Notes under the pieces: model-generated
What the model was told of the DNA's origin: nothing
Databases searched by the model: none
Seen by the model: the letters and a program-made list of their open reading frames with translations, nothing else
Shown: positions 53,695-64,000 of the stretch, one piece after another
Numbering within the stretch: position 1 is the stretch's first letter
Layout of the letters: each line of letters opens with the position of its first letter
Origin: a virus
Lineage: Duplodnaviria > Caudoviricetes
Reading direction: 5' to 3' (one strand)
IMG/VR virus record: IMGVR_UViG_3300028833_000065
DNA length: 64,000 bases
Made by a program: the position numbers and the translations under genes

Positions 53695-55956
53695 ATGGCA
53701 ACTTATACAACTTTATACGGTAATGAGGTAGAGTCTCCGACTCTACCTCTTACCTAGGTTTATAAAGCGACTCATAATGGGACGGAACGTCTTCCCTATA
53801 TGAATCGTTCTTTTATTAGTTTTTCTTATGGTTCTAAAAAAAATTCAAGCGGCGTAGAGGTGCCTGTATTTATAGAAGACTTTAATTTAATTGCCACTAC
53901 TAGTGGCGATAGGATGTAGCGTGATGCTTATGCTTCGTTTGAAGATTTGACATCAACATACGATACAATTCCCGGGCAATTCTATTGGGGCACTTATTTT
54001 CATACAAATTCATTAAACTTTACTCTAGTATCTGATGGAATTACACAAAGAGAATTGGATGATTTTAAGAAGTGGTTTCGCGCAGGTTCAATACGAGAAC
54101 TTATATTGGCGGAACATCCAAATAGAGCAATTTTGGCGCGAATTGCTAATCCGCCTAGGCTTAATTTACTTCCTTTTGAAGAAAAAGTAAAAGTGCCATT
54201 TATTGTTGGCGGAAATGTGGAAGGAGAAGAAGCCTCTGAAATAACTTATGAAACAAGTACAACTCTTTATCGCGGCGAAATTGAATTGGAATTTGTAATG
54301 GATGAGCCATTCTGGTATGCGAAATAGAATATACTAGGACATTAGAATACTACTTAGGGCTATTATGAAGAACAATGGATAGATGCTAATGGAAAGCTTA
54401 CTTCTATAAAAGAATCTGAGGATGCTTTGAAAATCATATATGAAGACCATATTCCACTTGGTAGTACTACAAAGATTGATGTATTTCTTGGCGGCGATAT
54501 TTATGCTTCAGTTAAATATGAACTTTGGTCGCAAATAGTTTAGCCTATTAATAAAGAAGAATATATTGATGGTATTCAATATATTGGTGGTTCTCAAAAA
54601 GAAACCGAACAAATGCGGTCTGCATATTGGCCAATAAATTTAACTGGGGAAGTAGAAGGTAGTACACCTGAAGAAATGCCCGCGGAAGAACCGGCGACAG
54701 GAGGAGATAATACTGGAGGAGAAGATGATATACCAGTGGAAGACCCTGCTCCTGATACCGATGAACCTGGAACCAGTGGCACGCCGACAGAAGAACCAGT
54801 CGTCGATGACGAGGTGCTTACTGAACCGGATAATTCTTCTGGAGACAATGGAGATAGCGGTAGTAGCGATAGTGGTAATAGTGGCGAAGATAGCGGTAGT
54901 ACAACTCCAGTTGTAGAAAAGGCTGAATATTATAGAGGAGCGGTCATCGCTTTTACAAAAGAAGGTAGCAGTGAATATTTAGGCGGAAAGATTGGCGGCG
55001 CGCAATTACTTGGTTCAAGCGCACCTGTTAAGGGTATCTCATTGCCAATGAGCGAAAAAGCCAATTTGTATTATGCAGGAACTGCGCCAGCCCCAGTTAA
55101 ATTACGTTTTACTCTTGCGCCGGCGATGAGTTGGTACGACACTACTGGTAGCGGCAATGCCTATTATATTGTTACTCCTAAAAACAAGCACTCCGATGGA
55201 ACTGCTTATAATACTATTACATTGGAATCTTCAGAAAAACATGAATTTAAATTTACCTTGCCAACTTTCTGGCTAAGTTATAATTAGGTAATTGAGATAT
55301 TTGATAATCCTAGTATTCTCGCACAAGGACTTGGTTGGCTTACTGTTAGAGAAGCAATTCGTAATACAGTTCGTCATCCTGTCATTCGTGCTTGGGCAAA
55401 TATGCTTATTAATAAATATGACCATAAAGGTGGCTCTAGTATTATTCCATCCGATGATGAGTTACCTGCCATTCGCGGCGATCTAGAACGTGGAATGCAG
55501 ATGCTATTATTAGATAAAGATAAGCAGCCTTTTCCCGCATCTTTTATGTTTGATGGAAAGACAGGTTTAGCCATTGGTACTTTTACATATCGTTCTATGG
55601 AAGGAGTAAATGTAGGTGAATATGATTAGAATAATGATACAAGCTTAGAAAATGCTATTAATAGCAGTGTTGTTGCTCAAGTAACGCATACCGTAACTGA
55701 TGAAGAAACTGGTGAAACTACTACCACTACGGAATAGTAGGTTATAAATGAAAATTATACTTTAACATAGGAAGAAAATGTTGGAGATATGGTTAAAAGT
55801 AGCTACTTAATTTTAGATGAAAGAAATGTTCTAGATAGATACTATCAAGTATAGGCTTGGGAAGAAGCTCATCCTGATTATGCGTATAAAATTACGCATG
55901 ATGTTGATAGCGGTCTCTAGGATTTACATTTTGAGTTTAAAAATATGTATCTATAA
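53695..55956 (+). CDS. Distal tail (Dit)-like protein with acidic low-complexity insert (753 aa, TAG=Gln)
   Basis: FISFSYG...PGQFYWGT...ELILAEHPNR...F.MDEPFWY; follows the TMP. Confidence 0.7.
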
Positions 55957-55978
55957 GAGATAAAAGGAGGAATTTATC

Positions 55979-58900
55979 ATGGCTGAGGAAATATATAAGG
56001 GCAACCGAATACGCAGCTATGAAGTTTCTATTTGGACACTTCAGGACAGGTTTTTGTCTGTCCTGAAGTGGGCTACTATGGATTGTAAAGGTTAGATTTA
56101 GGAACCTGAAGTTGTTTTGCGCGATGATGGAACATAGGAATTTAGTTTTTCAATTCCAAAATTCTATTATAATGGCGCAAGTCATATTATAAATCCAATG
56201 TGGCTTCATTTAGAAAATTAGCCGTTGGAAGCCAACATGCAAAAGTTAAAGGTTATATTTAATAAAAATACTGAAGAAGAAAAAGTATTTGAATTTTTAG
56301 TTACATCAGTTACTTATGACCATTAGGACGATAACGTAGATATAAATGTTAAAGCGGAAGGCTTAGCATTTCATGAGTTGGGTAAACTTGGTTATAAGAT
56401 TGCACTTTCTGAAACTAATTATACTTTAGCTTTAGATGAATGGGAACTTAATGGATTATTAACCGAATAGCCAAAAAATAATTTACAGTTTTGGAATGAT
56501 ATAGTTTTTAAGGATAAAAAGGGTAATTGGAAAACTAATTGGACTTATGAATTACAAATGGATTGGTCTTCATTTAGTTCATTATATGCTGATGAAACGA
56601 AACGTAGCGATACATTATATGAAGATGAATATATTTCATCTTGGCAAGTAAGCGAAAGTAATTAGGTGCTACCGCGGGCAATTTAGGCAACAAGAGAAAA
56701 ATGCCGCATTATAGATGTTTCTTCTAGCAATATTTATAATATTACCCAGACTATTGCTGAACAATTTGGCGTCTTTTGCCGCTATGAATATGAACATGAT
56801 GAAAATTATTAGATAGTTGGCAGACGAGTGATTTATTATAACAACTATATTTAGGATTTAAATGGTCATATTGATTTAACATATCCTTATTCTTCTGCGG
56901 CAATAACCCGTACTGTTGATAATAGTAACATTGTTACAAAAATGTTTGTATAGGGTGTTGATTATGATTCTGATGTTGTTACTATTATGGATGTAGAAGC
57001 AAATAAAACGAAAGAAGATTATTTATTAAATTTTGATTATTTGCATGAAGTATAGGGTATTACCGATGAGTAGTATGAAGCAATTCAAGATTTTGAAGCT
57101 TCAATTCATAAAATTAATAATAGCTTAATTTCAGTTTAGGAACGTATTCGTGTATTATAGAATTAGCTTACTATAGAAGAAGCTAATGCCACTACATATA
57201 GAAATGCGGCTGCGCTTGATGTAGAAAGATATGAAGCAGCAGGGCGCAAGAGAGCTGAACTAACAGGTGGCACTAATGTTATTCCATTAAATGGGAAACC
57301 TTGTAAGGTAATGTCAAAAGAAGGCTCTGGCTTGTACATTAATATTGGTTGGGACGGCGTAAATGCTGGAACATTAAAAATTTATCGTACTTCTAATTTA
57401 ACCGGTTCTTAGAATGCTTATAGCGATTTAATTGAAGCATATAATTAGGTATATGATGAGTTTCATAATTTAATAAGAATTGACCACATGTCTGCTACTG
57501 GATTACCCTTAGCCGAAGGAGATACAGTGTGGCTTGTAGGCGAATATAATCCAACACTTGCTGAGGATAATATATAGAAAGTATGGGCTGCGCGAAAAGC
57601 TAATGATGAAGCATTGGCTGCTGCCGCAGAAAAGAATATAGAAAAGTATTCTTGGTATTTATATGGACAATAGGTTGGCTATGCTCGTGTTGGTTCTTGT
57701 ATGCTGACTGAAGCTAAATGGATACCAGCAGTAGCCTGGGATAATATAGGAGAAGGATATGAAATAAAACTAAGTAACATTGTTGGTTAGTGCCGTGTAA
57801 TTTCTGGTACACCGCCAATAATGTATAATGATGAGAGAATAATTGAAAATTATTTTGCGAATATACAGGATGATTCTAATACTCCTGATTTACTTTTTTA
57901 TCAAGACTATTATATTGAAGAAAAAGAACAATTAATTAGTAAATTTGAGCGTATGATGGGACCGGCATTGCGTGAAGGGTATTGGTAGCCAGAAAACTAT
58001 CATGATTATGGCGATATATATAAAGATGAATTAACTATTAGTTATCGTGATGAAAATATAACGGCTCCATCTACTGATAATTTATAGTTTATTTGGGATG
58101 GAGACAAATATTATGATTCTGAAGAGCCCTTAATTTATACCGCTGATGCCGCAGGAAATGTAGAATAGCATTTAACTATTGACTTAAGTGATTGTTTGGA
58201 AGATGTTTCCAAACATTTAGAAGATTTAAGTTTTGTATATTGTAATCCTTCTAATGTTGCGACAATTGATGAAATACGAGAAAATTAGACTGAAACAAAG
58301 AGTAAGATTGATAATTTCAGAAATGCTGATGAAACAACACATGTATTAACCTTTTTTAATGATCTTACTGCGATTGTAAATACAGCAGAGAATATACAAA
58401 ATACTGACTATTCATATACCAATCCAGAAACTAAAATTACATATAATTATACAAATGTAAATGGTTGGGCTGATGAAAAAACAGGTATTTATGCAGAGCT
58501 ATCAGCTCTTCATACTCTTGCACATAATTTATTATTTGAGAATGACGAAGCTATAAATGCTAATATTGTTATTAATTATGATGATCAATTAGATAATTCT
58601 CTTGCTATTTGGACTTCTATTAAGAATACAATGGAAAATTCTTTATTAAATATTGAAAGAATTATAAATGGCATGAAAGCTGAAACTGGTAGTGAGTCGC
58701 CAGAATTTAATAATCTTAAGGCCGCATTAACTGAAAACAAAAATCGGTTATAGAATTTATTTAATAGTCTCATTGATGTAAAAACTGGCTTAGTATCATT
58801 ATTAAATAATATTAAAACACAAAATTCTTGGATTAAGGCTTTGGAAAATAGTATATATTCTAGTTTTAAAATTGGCTCTGGATGTGAATTAGGATGGATT

Positions 58901-61786
58901 TCCAATAAATATAATACTGAAAGAAAACCTGTGCTAATTGTAACTGGTGCTAAATCTTTAGAAGATAATATACTAAATTTTATTGTCTCTAACTATTATA
59001 CTGTTTCTAGAATTAATACTGAATCAACCAATATTGAATATGTAGAAATTAAGGCAAGTGATAATGCGAGGTCTTTCCTTGGTTATCCATTATACGATTT
59101 AAATGGTGACCAAATTTTAAACAATTGGGGTAAAATAAAAACAGCCAATGGAAGCACAAAAATAATTGGAAGTAATGCTAGTGCGATTATTGGAGCTGTT
59201 GATAATGGTAAAGTAGTTTTTACTCGTAAGATACCAATGGCAGATTATGATAACAATGGTCGTAATCGTGCGCCTACACCGCAAGAGTACACTTGGATAA
59301 GATAGTATCCTCGTTTATATTTTAATTCTTTAAAATTAAAGTCAGAAGAATTGAAGATATATTAGTAGGCAAGACAATTAAAAGAATTTGAAGAATATTA
59401 TACTTTATAGGATGATAGATCAGTCGGTATAAATGTTAAAGGTATTGGCTATTATACCACTATTAAGCCAGAATTTATATATGCTTTACAAGATACGGCG
59501 CCATTTTCTATCGTTTATTCTTTATCTAATATTGATGTGGCAATTTATTTAGATGCTCTTAATGTAATGAATGAAAATTCTCGCCCAAAGGTATCTTATG
59601 ATGTGGAATTAAGTGTCCTAAATCCTGAGTTTGTCCATACTGCTTATAGACGCTTAAATTAGATTGTCCATATTAATGATAATGATTTATAGTTAGAAAA
59701 TGTTAGCGGATATATTTCATCAGTAACAATGAAATTGGATAAGCCTTGGGAAGATACTGTTGAAATTAAAAACTACGAGACTAAATTTGAAGATTTATTT
59801 AGCACAATTGTCGCTTAGACCGAAGCAATGAAAAGCACGCGTGTAGGTTTAAATACAGCTATTGCTGCTTTTACATCCAATGGATTAATTGATAAAAGCA
59901 TTATTTATGATAGTATTGCTAAAGCAGATTTAAATTTGAGTTTTAATTCTGGCAATTTAACTATTGATTAGAATGAAGGAATTTGGGGTACTAGTGATAC
60001 AGGCGTTGTTGCTTTCCGCGGTGGCGGTATTTTTACAGCGACATAGAAAGATAATAGCGGAAATTGGATTTGGAATACAGGCATATTGCCATCTGGTATT
60101 AATGCAGATTTAATTACAACTGGACAGTTAGATACAAATAAAATTAAAATATTTGCTGGCAATGAATTAAGATTTTAGTGGAATGGTGAAGGGCTATATG
60201 CTTATAAATCTTTTAGTACAGACCACAATATTTTATTATAGGGAACTGATATACCAGAAATCCCCACGACTTTAATAGATCAAAAACAATATGTGGTACT
60301 TAAACCTGAAGGATTATTTTTAGTAAATGAAAAAGGTGCTTATATAGCTAAAAAAACTGTTACCGATTAGGGTAACACGATTTATTCATATTTTACTATG
60401 CCTTCTACTGTTAATCGCGTTGAAATAAGTTGGGATGGTTTAATTTTACGAAATTATGAAGGTAAGTCGGTATTTTACGCCGACCCAAATACAGGCAACT
60501 TAATATTAGCAGGTAATGTTACTGCAAATGAAGGAAACATTGGCGGCTGGAATATTACTAAAACTACTCTTGTTGGTCGTGGTATTAACTTAGTTAGTGG
60601 CAATGGTGAAGGCGCTGGAACTGGTGGAATTTATTTGGCAGATAAAGAGTTATGTAAAACAGTTACAATTAATAATGAAACATATTTTGTATATAATTAT
60701 ACTGATCCAAATACCCACGAACAGAAAGAATGCTATTTAAGCACTTTTACTCCCGGAGAAACAGAGAGAGTACTGGCTCCGAATGATCAAGTATGGATTT
60801 AGAAAGAAATAGTTATTTCCGTTTCACCAAAATATACTGATAATGTATATACCGTTACTGATACGCAAGAAGAAACGCATATTGATTATGAAAATTCTGA
60901 AGAAGGACAATTAAGAGATGGCGAATCTGTTGAAGTAATTACTATTCCCACTAAAGGAGAAACAACCATATATATAGTTAAGACTCCAGGAAGTACAAAT
61001 CATGTAAAAGATATACGCGGTAACGATATCGTTTATGATATGACAACAGTCCCTACCACGCAATGGTATTAGCTTGTAAAAAAGGCAGACCCACAATTAT
61101 ATCGTGGTTATATTAATGAAATTACGACTACTGGTTATGCTTTAGAACCTATTTCTACAACAGAAAGTATTATATTAACGCCTGCCAGCGAAGCTAAAAT
61201 TACTTTTAGTGTTGTAGCAGAAACAGGAGAAGCAACAATTTTATCAGGACAAATTGGTAATTTTAATATTTACGAAGATTCTCTTGATGGCGGTGCAATA
61301 CGAAATAGTATTATAGATAAAGATAATTACTATGAAACTGGTGGAGTTAAACATAAATTTGGAGATTGCTTTTGCGATATAGAAGGTTCTTCATCTACTG
61401 GCGTATTTACTTTTACAAGAGTGGATGGTAGTACTGTAAATTTTAATATTGCCGCGATGGAAGCATATCAACAAGCCGTCGCGGCAGCGGGAGCAATTAC
61501 ATTAGTATTAACTAATAATAATGGAGTTGTTACTGCCACAGCGAGTACCATTAACAATTCAGTATCAAAGACAGTAACCGTTTCTAGTAGTTCTGGTGGC
61601 TCTAGTGGTGGTGGTAGTAGTAGTGGTAGTTCATCATGTAGCTAGTGCTCTGGTGAATGTACTCAAGGATGCTCATATAGTTGTAGTGGTACTTGTAAAA
61701 CGACATGTAGAAATACTTGCGGAGAAAACTGCAGAAAAACTTGTTCTCTTACATGTGCTACCAATTGTATTGGTACGGCTAAATAA
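55979..61786 (+). CDS. Tail tip / Tal-like (prophage tail endopeptidase-type) protein with C-terminal CXXX repeats (about 1935 aa, TAG=Gln)
   Basis: Fragments at 58841, 60398 and 61421 are in frame; GINADLITTGQL and GNIGGW repeats are typical of tail tip proteins. Confidence 0.75.
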
Positions 61787-61830
61787 AAAAATAAGCCCGG
61801 ACTCTTTACGAGTCCGGGCATTTATTTTTT
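61787..61830. terminator. Bidirectional terminator between convergent operons
   Basis: A tract, GCCCGGACTC-TTTAC-GAGTCCGGGC, T tract. Confidence 0.85.
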
Positions 61831-62219
61831 TACTCTTCTTCAATCATTAAGAAGGGTTCAAGGAAAGTCATTTCGGCGGCGGTAAATTCAAGCTTTTCAA
61901 TATCCTTAAAGTTAATCGGCTTGGCTTCAACCTCAACTTCTTCCATAATAACATTATTAAGTTCATTTACATATGCCTGCATATTCTCGGCAGTGAACTG
62001 ATATTCATTATTATCATTTAGCTCAAAAGTACCATCTTCATTCTTCTTAGCATACTTTTCAATTAGCTTAGTTCTTACTTCATTATAGGAAGTTAGAACT
62101 TCTTCTAGTTTCTTTAGTAGCCGGCCAATCTGGAAAGCCGCGCGGCCGGGTAGCGGCTGATGGCTTAGTTTCTGTAGGGTTTCCTGTCCTTCAAGTACTT
62201 CTCTTAAAATAATCTTCAT
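61830..62219 (-). CDS. Hypothetical protein (129 aa)
   Basis: Overlaps the stop of the RuvC-like gene (ATGA). Confidence 0.7.
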   Translation of the reverse strand: MKIILREVLEGQETLQKLSHQPLPGRAAFQIGRLLKKLEEVLTSYNEVRTKLIEKYAKKNEDGTFELNDNNEYQFTAENMQAYVNELNNVIMEEVEVEAKPINFKDIEKLEFTAAEMTFLEPFLMIEEE

Positions 62220-62965
62220 AAATCTTCTCCCCAAGTGCTATGCACTTTAATTTTATTACAAAAATATTTTCCAATACAAATTGCATCTGCTTCATCTTCA
62301 GAACATTGCATATCGTACCAAATTCTTACTTTAGCCTACGCAGCCTTTTTCTTAGGGTCACGATGCTAATCTCCATCGCTAATGCCGCAATATGAGCGCC
62401 ATTCACTGGAATAGACAAGGTCGCTATCAATACTTGCTTCAAAGACCGTATCAAGAATTACTCCCTGTAGGTTAGCTAAAGTTTGAAATGTTTTAACTTG
62501 CGCCTAAGCCGCGCCGGTTCCATACTTTTGTAGCTGAATATTTTCTATTCCTACAAAGTCTGGTTCCCATTCTTTTAATGCGGCTTTAAGCCACTACTTA
62601 ACCTAATTGATGCGTTCTGTTGCTGAAAGTGATGCATTTGTTTTGAATATACCATAGTGAATTAAGACTTTATCATCGTATAATGAATAACCAGTGGTTC
62701 CAGTTGCGGCGTCAAGCGCTAGTATTCTTGTAGTGTTTTCGCCTTTAACTGGAACCTTATTTTTTTTGACCTTATAAGGATCCCCGGCCATACACACATC
62801 GCATATTTTATGCTTGCGCCACTATTCAAATGTTTGATGCTGTGTATGACCACAAGGACATACCATTTCTAGTGGCGTTTTTAAGTTTTTATAAGTATCG
62901 CTTAATAGCTACCAACCTTCGGTTTCAAGGGCATTCTATACTGTATATATATTAATACTCGCCAT
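62216..62965 (-). CDS. RuvC-like Holliday junction resolvase with N-terminal Zn finger (249 aa, TAG=Gln)
   Basis: ILALDAATGTTGY, VGIE, EDEADAICIG; N-terminal CPCGH...CDVC. Confidence 0.8.
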
Positions 62966-63756
62966 TAGGCACCAGTGCTCCCGAAGCCGCCTTCACCACG
63001 GTCAGATGCTCCTAGAATATCAACTACCTGCGCCTTAAAACGATAACTTGGCATTACTAGTAGCTGCGCGATGCGGTCTCCCTTATTAACATTTACATCA
63101 TTATCGGAAGTATTATCATAAAGTACACCCAATTCGCCGCGATAACCGCTATCAATTAGCCCTACACTATTGCTGAGACGAAGTGGTGTTTTCGCACCGA
63201 TGCTTGAACGAGGTAGGATAAATGCTAGCCATCCTTCTGGTAGCTGGATACTTACGCCAGTACGAAGCTTATTGCCATATGTATTGGCCTTTACTACTGT
63301 ATCTTCTAGCGCATAAATATCTGCGGCAGCATCGGTATCATGTGCATAAGTAGGAACCTGTGCGCCTTCTTCCAACTTCATAGGAAGTTCAATAGAATAA
63401 CTATGATACTTTTCTACGACGGTATCAAACAGGCTATAGATGTTATTAACAATTGCGTCAATAATCTTACGCTTGCCGCCAGCAAGGACTGTATCACCAT
63501 ATACAATAGTATTTAGCGCATCTTTAAGGGTTTTCATCATTTCAGCGGCCTGCTCACGCGTTTGTCCCTGAAGCTCTAGATTTTGGATAATCTGATTGAT
63601 TGCCTGATTAACGAGTTCATTAGAAAAACTTCCAACAATGTTTTCGGTCACCTGATTTACAAGTTCATCAGTAAGTACGCTATCATCTAATTCTTTAATA
63701 CTATTAATAGCATCAATAAAGCCTTTTAGCTCACTATTATTTAAAAATTCATCCAT
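62965..63756 (-). CDS. dut: Trimeric dUTPase with about 120-aa N-terminal extension
   Basis: AAADIYA, PRSS, GLIDSGYRG, GDRIAQL, RGEGGFGSTG. Confidence 0.9.
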   Translation of the reverse strand: MDEFLNNSELKGFIDAINSIKELDDSVLTDELVNQVTENIVGSFSNELVNQAINQIIQNLELQGQTREQAAEMMKTLKDALNTIVYGDTVLAGGKRKIIDAIVNNIYSLFDTVVEKYHSYSIELPMKLEEGAQVPTYAHDTDAAADIYALEDTVVKANTYGNKLRTGVSIQLPEGWLAFILPRSSIGAKTPLRLSNSVGLIDSGYRGELGVLYDNTSDNDVNVNKGDRIAQLLVMPSYRFKAQVVDILGASDRGEGGFGSTGA

Positions 63757-63771
63757 ATTATAGGTCCTCCA

Positions 63772-63996
63772 TTACTCATCATAAACCAGAGTTACTTCTA
63801 CCATCCACCATTCATCAAGAATGTCGCCGGTTTTTCTATCTTTCTTAGTCTTATAATCAATTTTTGTTTTTGTAACGGTAAAATCGCCCTGTGCTGCCTT
63901 AGTCTTCCATTCATCAATTACTGAATTTGCTTCATTTTCAGTATCACACCGACTCGTCTTTACCCACTTCGTATCCACAACTGCCATTTTCTTCAT
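63772..63996 (-). CDS. Hypothetical protein
   Basis: Intact ORF upstream of dut. Confidence 0.6.
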   Translation of the reverse strand: MKKMAVVDTKWVKTSRCDTENEANSVIDEWKTKAAQGDFTVTKTKIDYKTKKDRKTGDILDEWWMVEVTLVYDE

Positions 63997-64000
63997 TCTC

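Noticed and set aside
25604-62965. Fragmented late genes as pseudogenes or a decayed prophage
   Set aside because: Fragments stay in one frame and are separated by TAG, with intact motifs, RBSs and terminators, which fits recoding.
1-64000. Suppressor tRNA, release factor, integrase, endolysin/holin or radical SAM genes
   Set aside because: None recognisable by eye in this window; they may lie elsewhere in the genome, and a tRNA scan is needed.

Overview
This window is a 64 kb segment of a large tailed dsDNA phage. It is siphovirus-like, with an SPbeta/c-st-like order of head and tail genes. Firmicutes-type RBSs and sigma-A promoters suggest a Bacillota host (inference). The phage uses TAG as a sense codon (Gln, genetic code 15) in many genes, so the supplied ORF track is fragmented. 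Reading through TAG restores intact helicase, TerS/TerL, portal, neck, tail, 4586-aa tape measure, Dit, Tal and RuvC-like genes. Layout: (1) 1-7.4 kb, replication-associated and small genes with two origin-like repeat elements; (2) 7.46-23.8 kb, an array of 28 self-contained promoter-gene(s)-terminator cassettes, each delimited by the palindrome TTAGATGT-N3-ACATCTAA (29 copies, arms invariant); (3) about 25.3 kb, a cluster of 12 DnaA boxes; (4) 25.6-61.8 kb, the late packaging/head/tail operon on the + strand; (5) 61.8-64 kb, RuvC-like and dUTPase genes on the - strand. The cassette array is the best candidate for an undescribed system. Four cassettes are inverted exactly between adjacent palindromes, leaving four copies with no promoter, which suggests an integron/shufflon-like early gene array. 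Other signals are a covarying ANGGA-loop leader hairpin in 10 copies, an AAGCTGGAA-repeat putative sRNA, and a CXXX-repeat C-terminus on the tail tip protein that is hidden behind a TAG. All coordinates and translations were done by eye, with no database searches.
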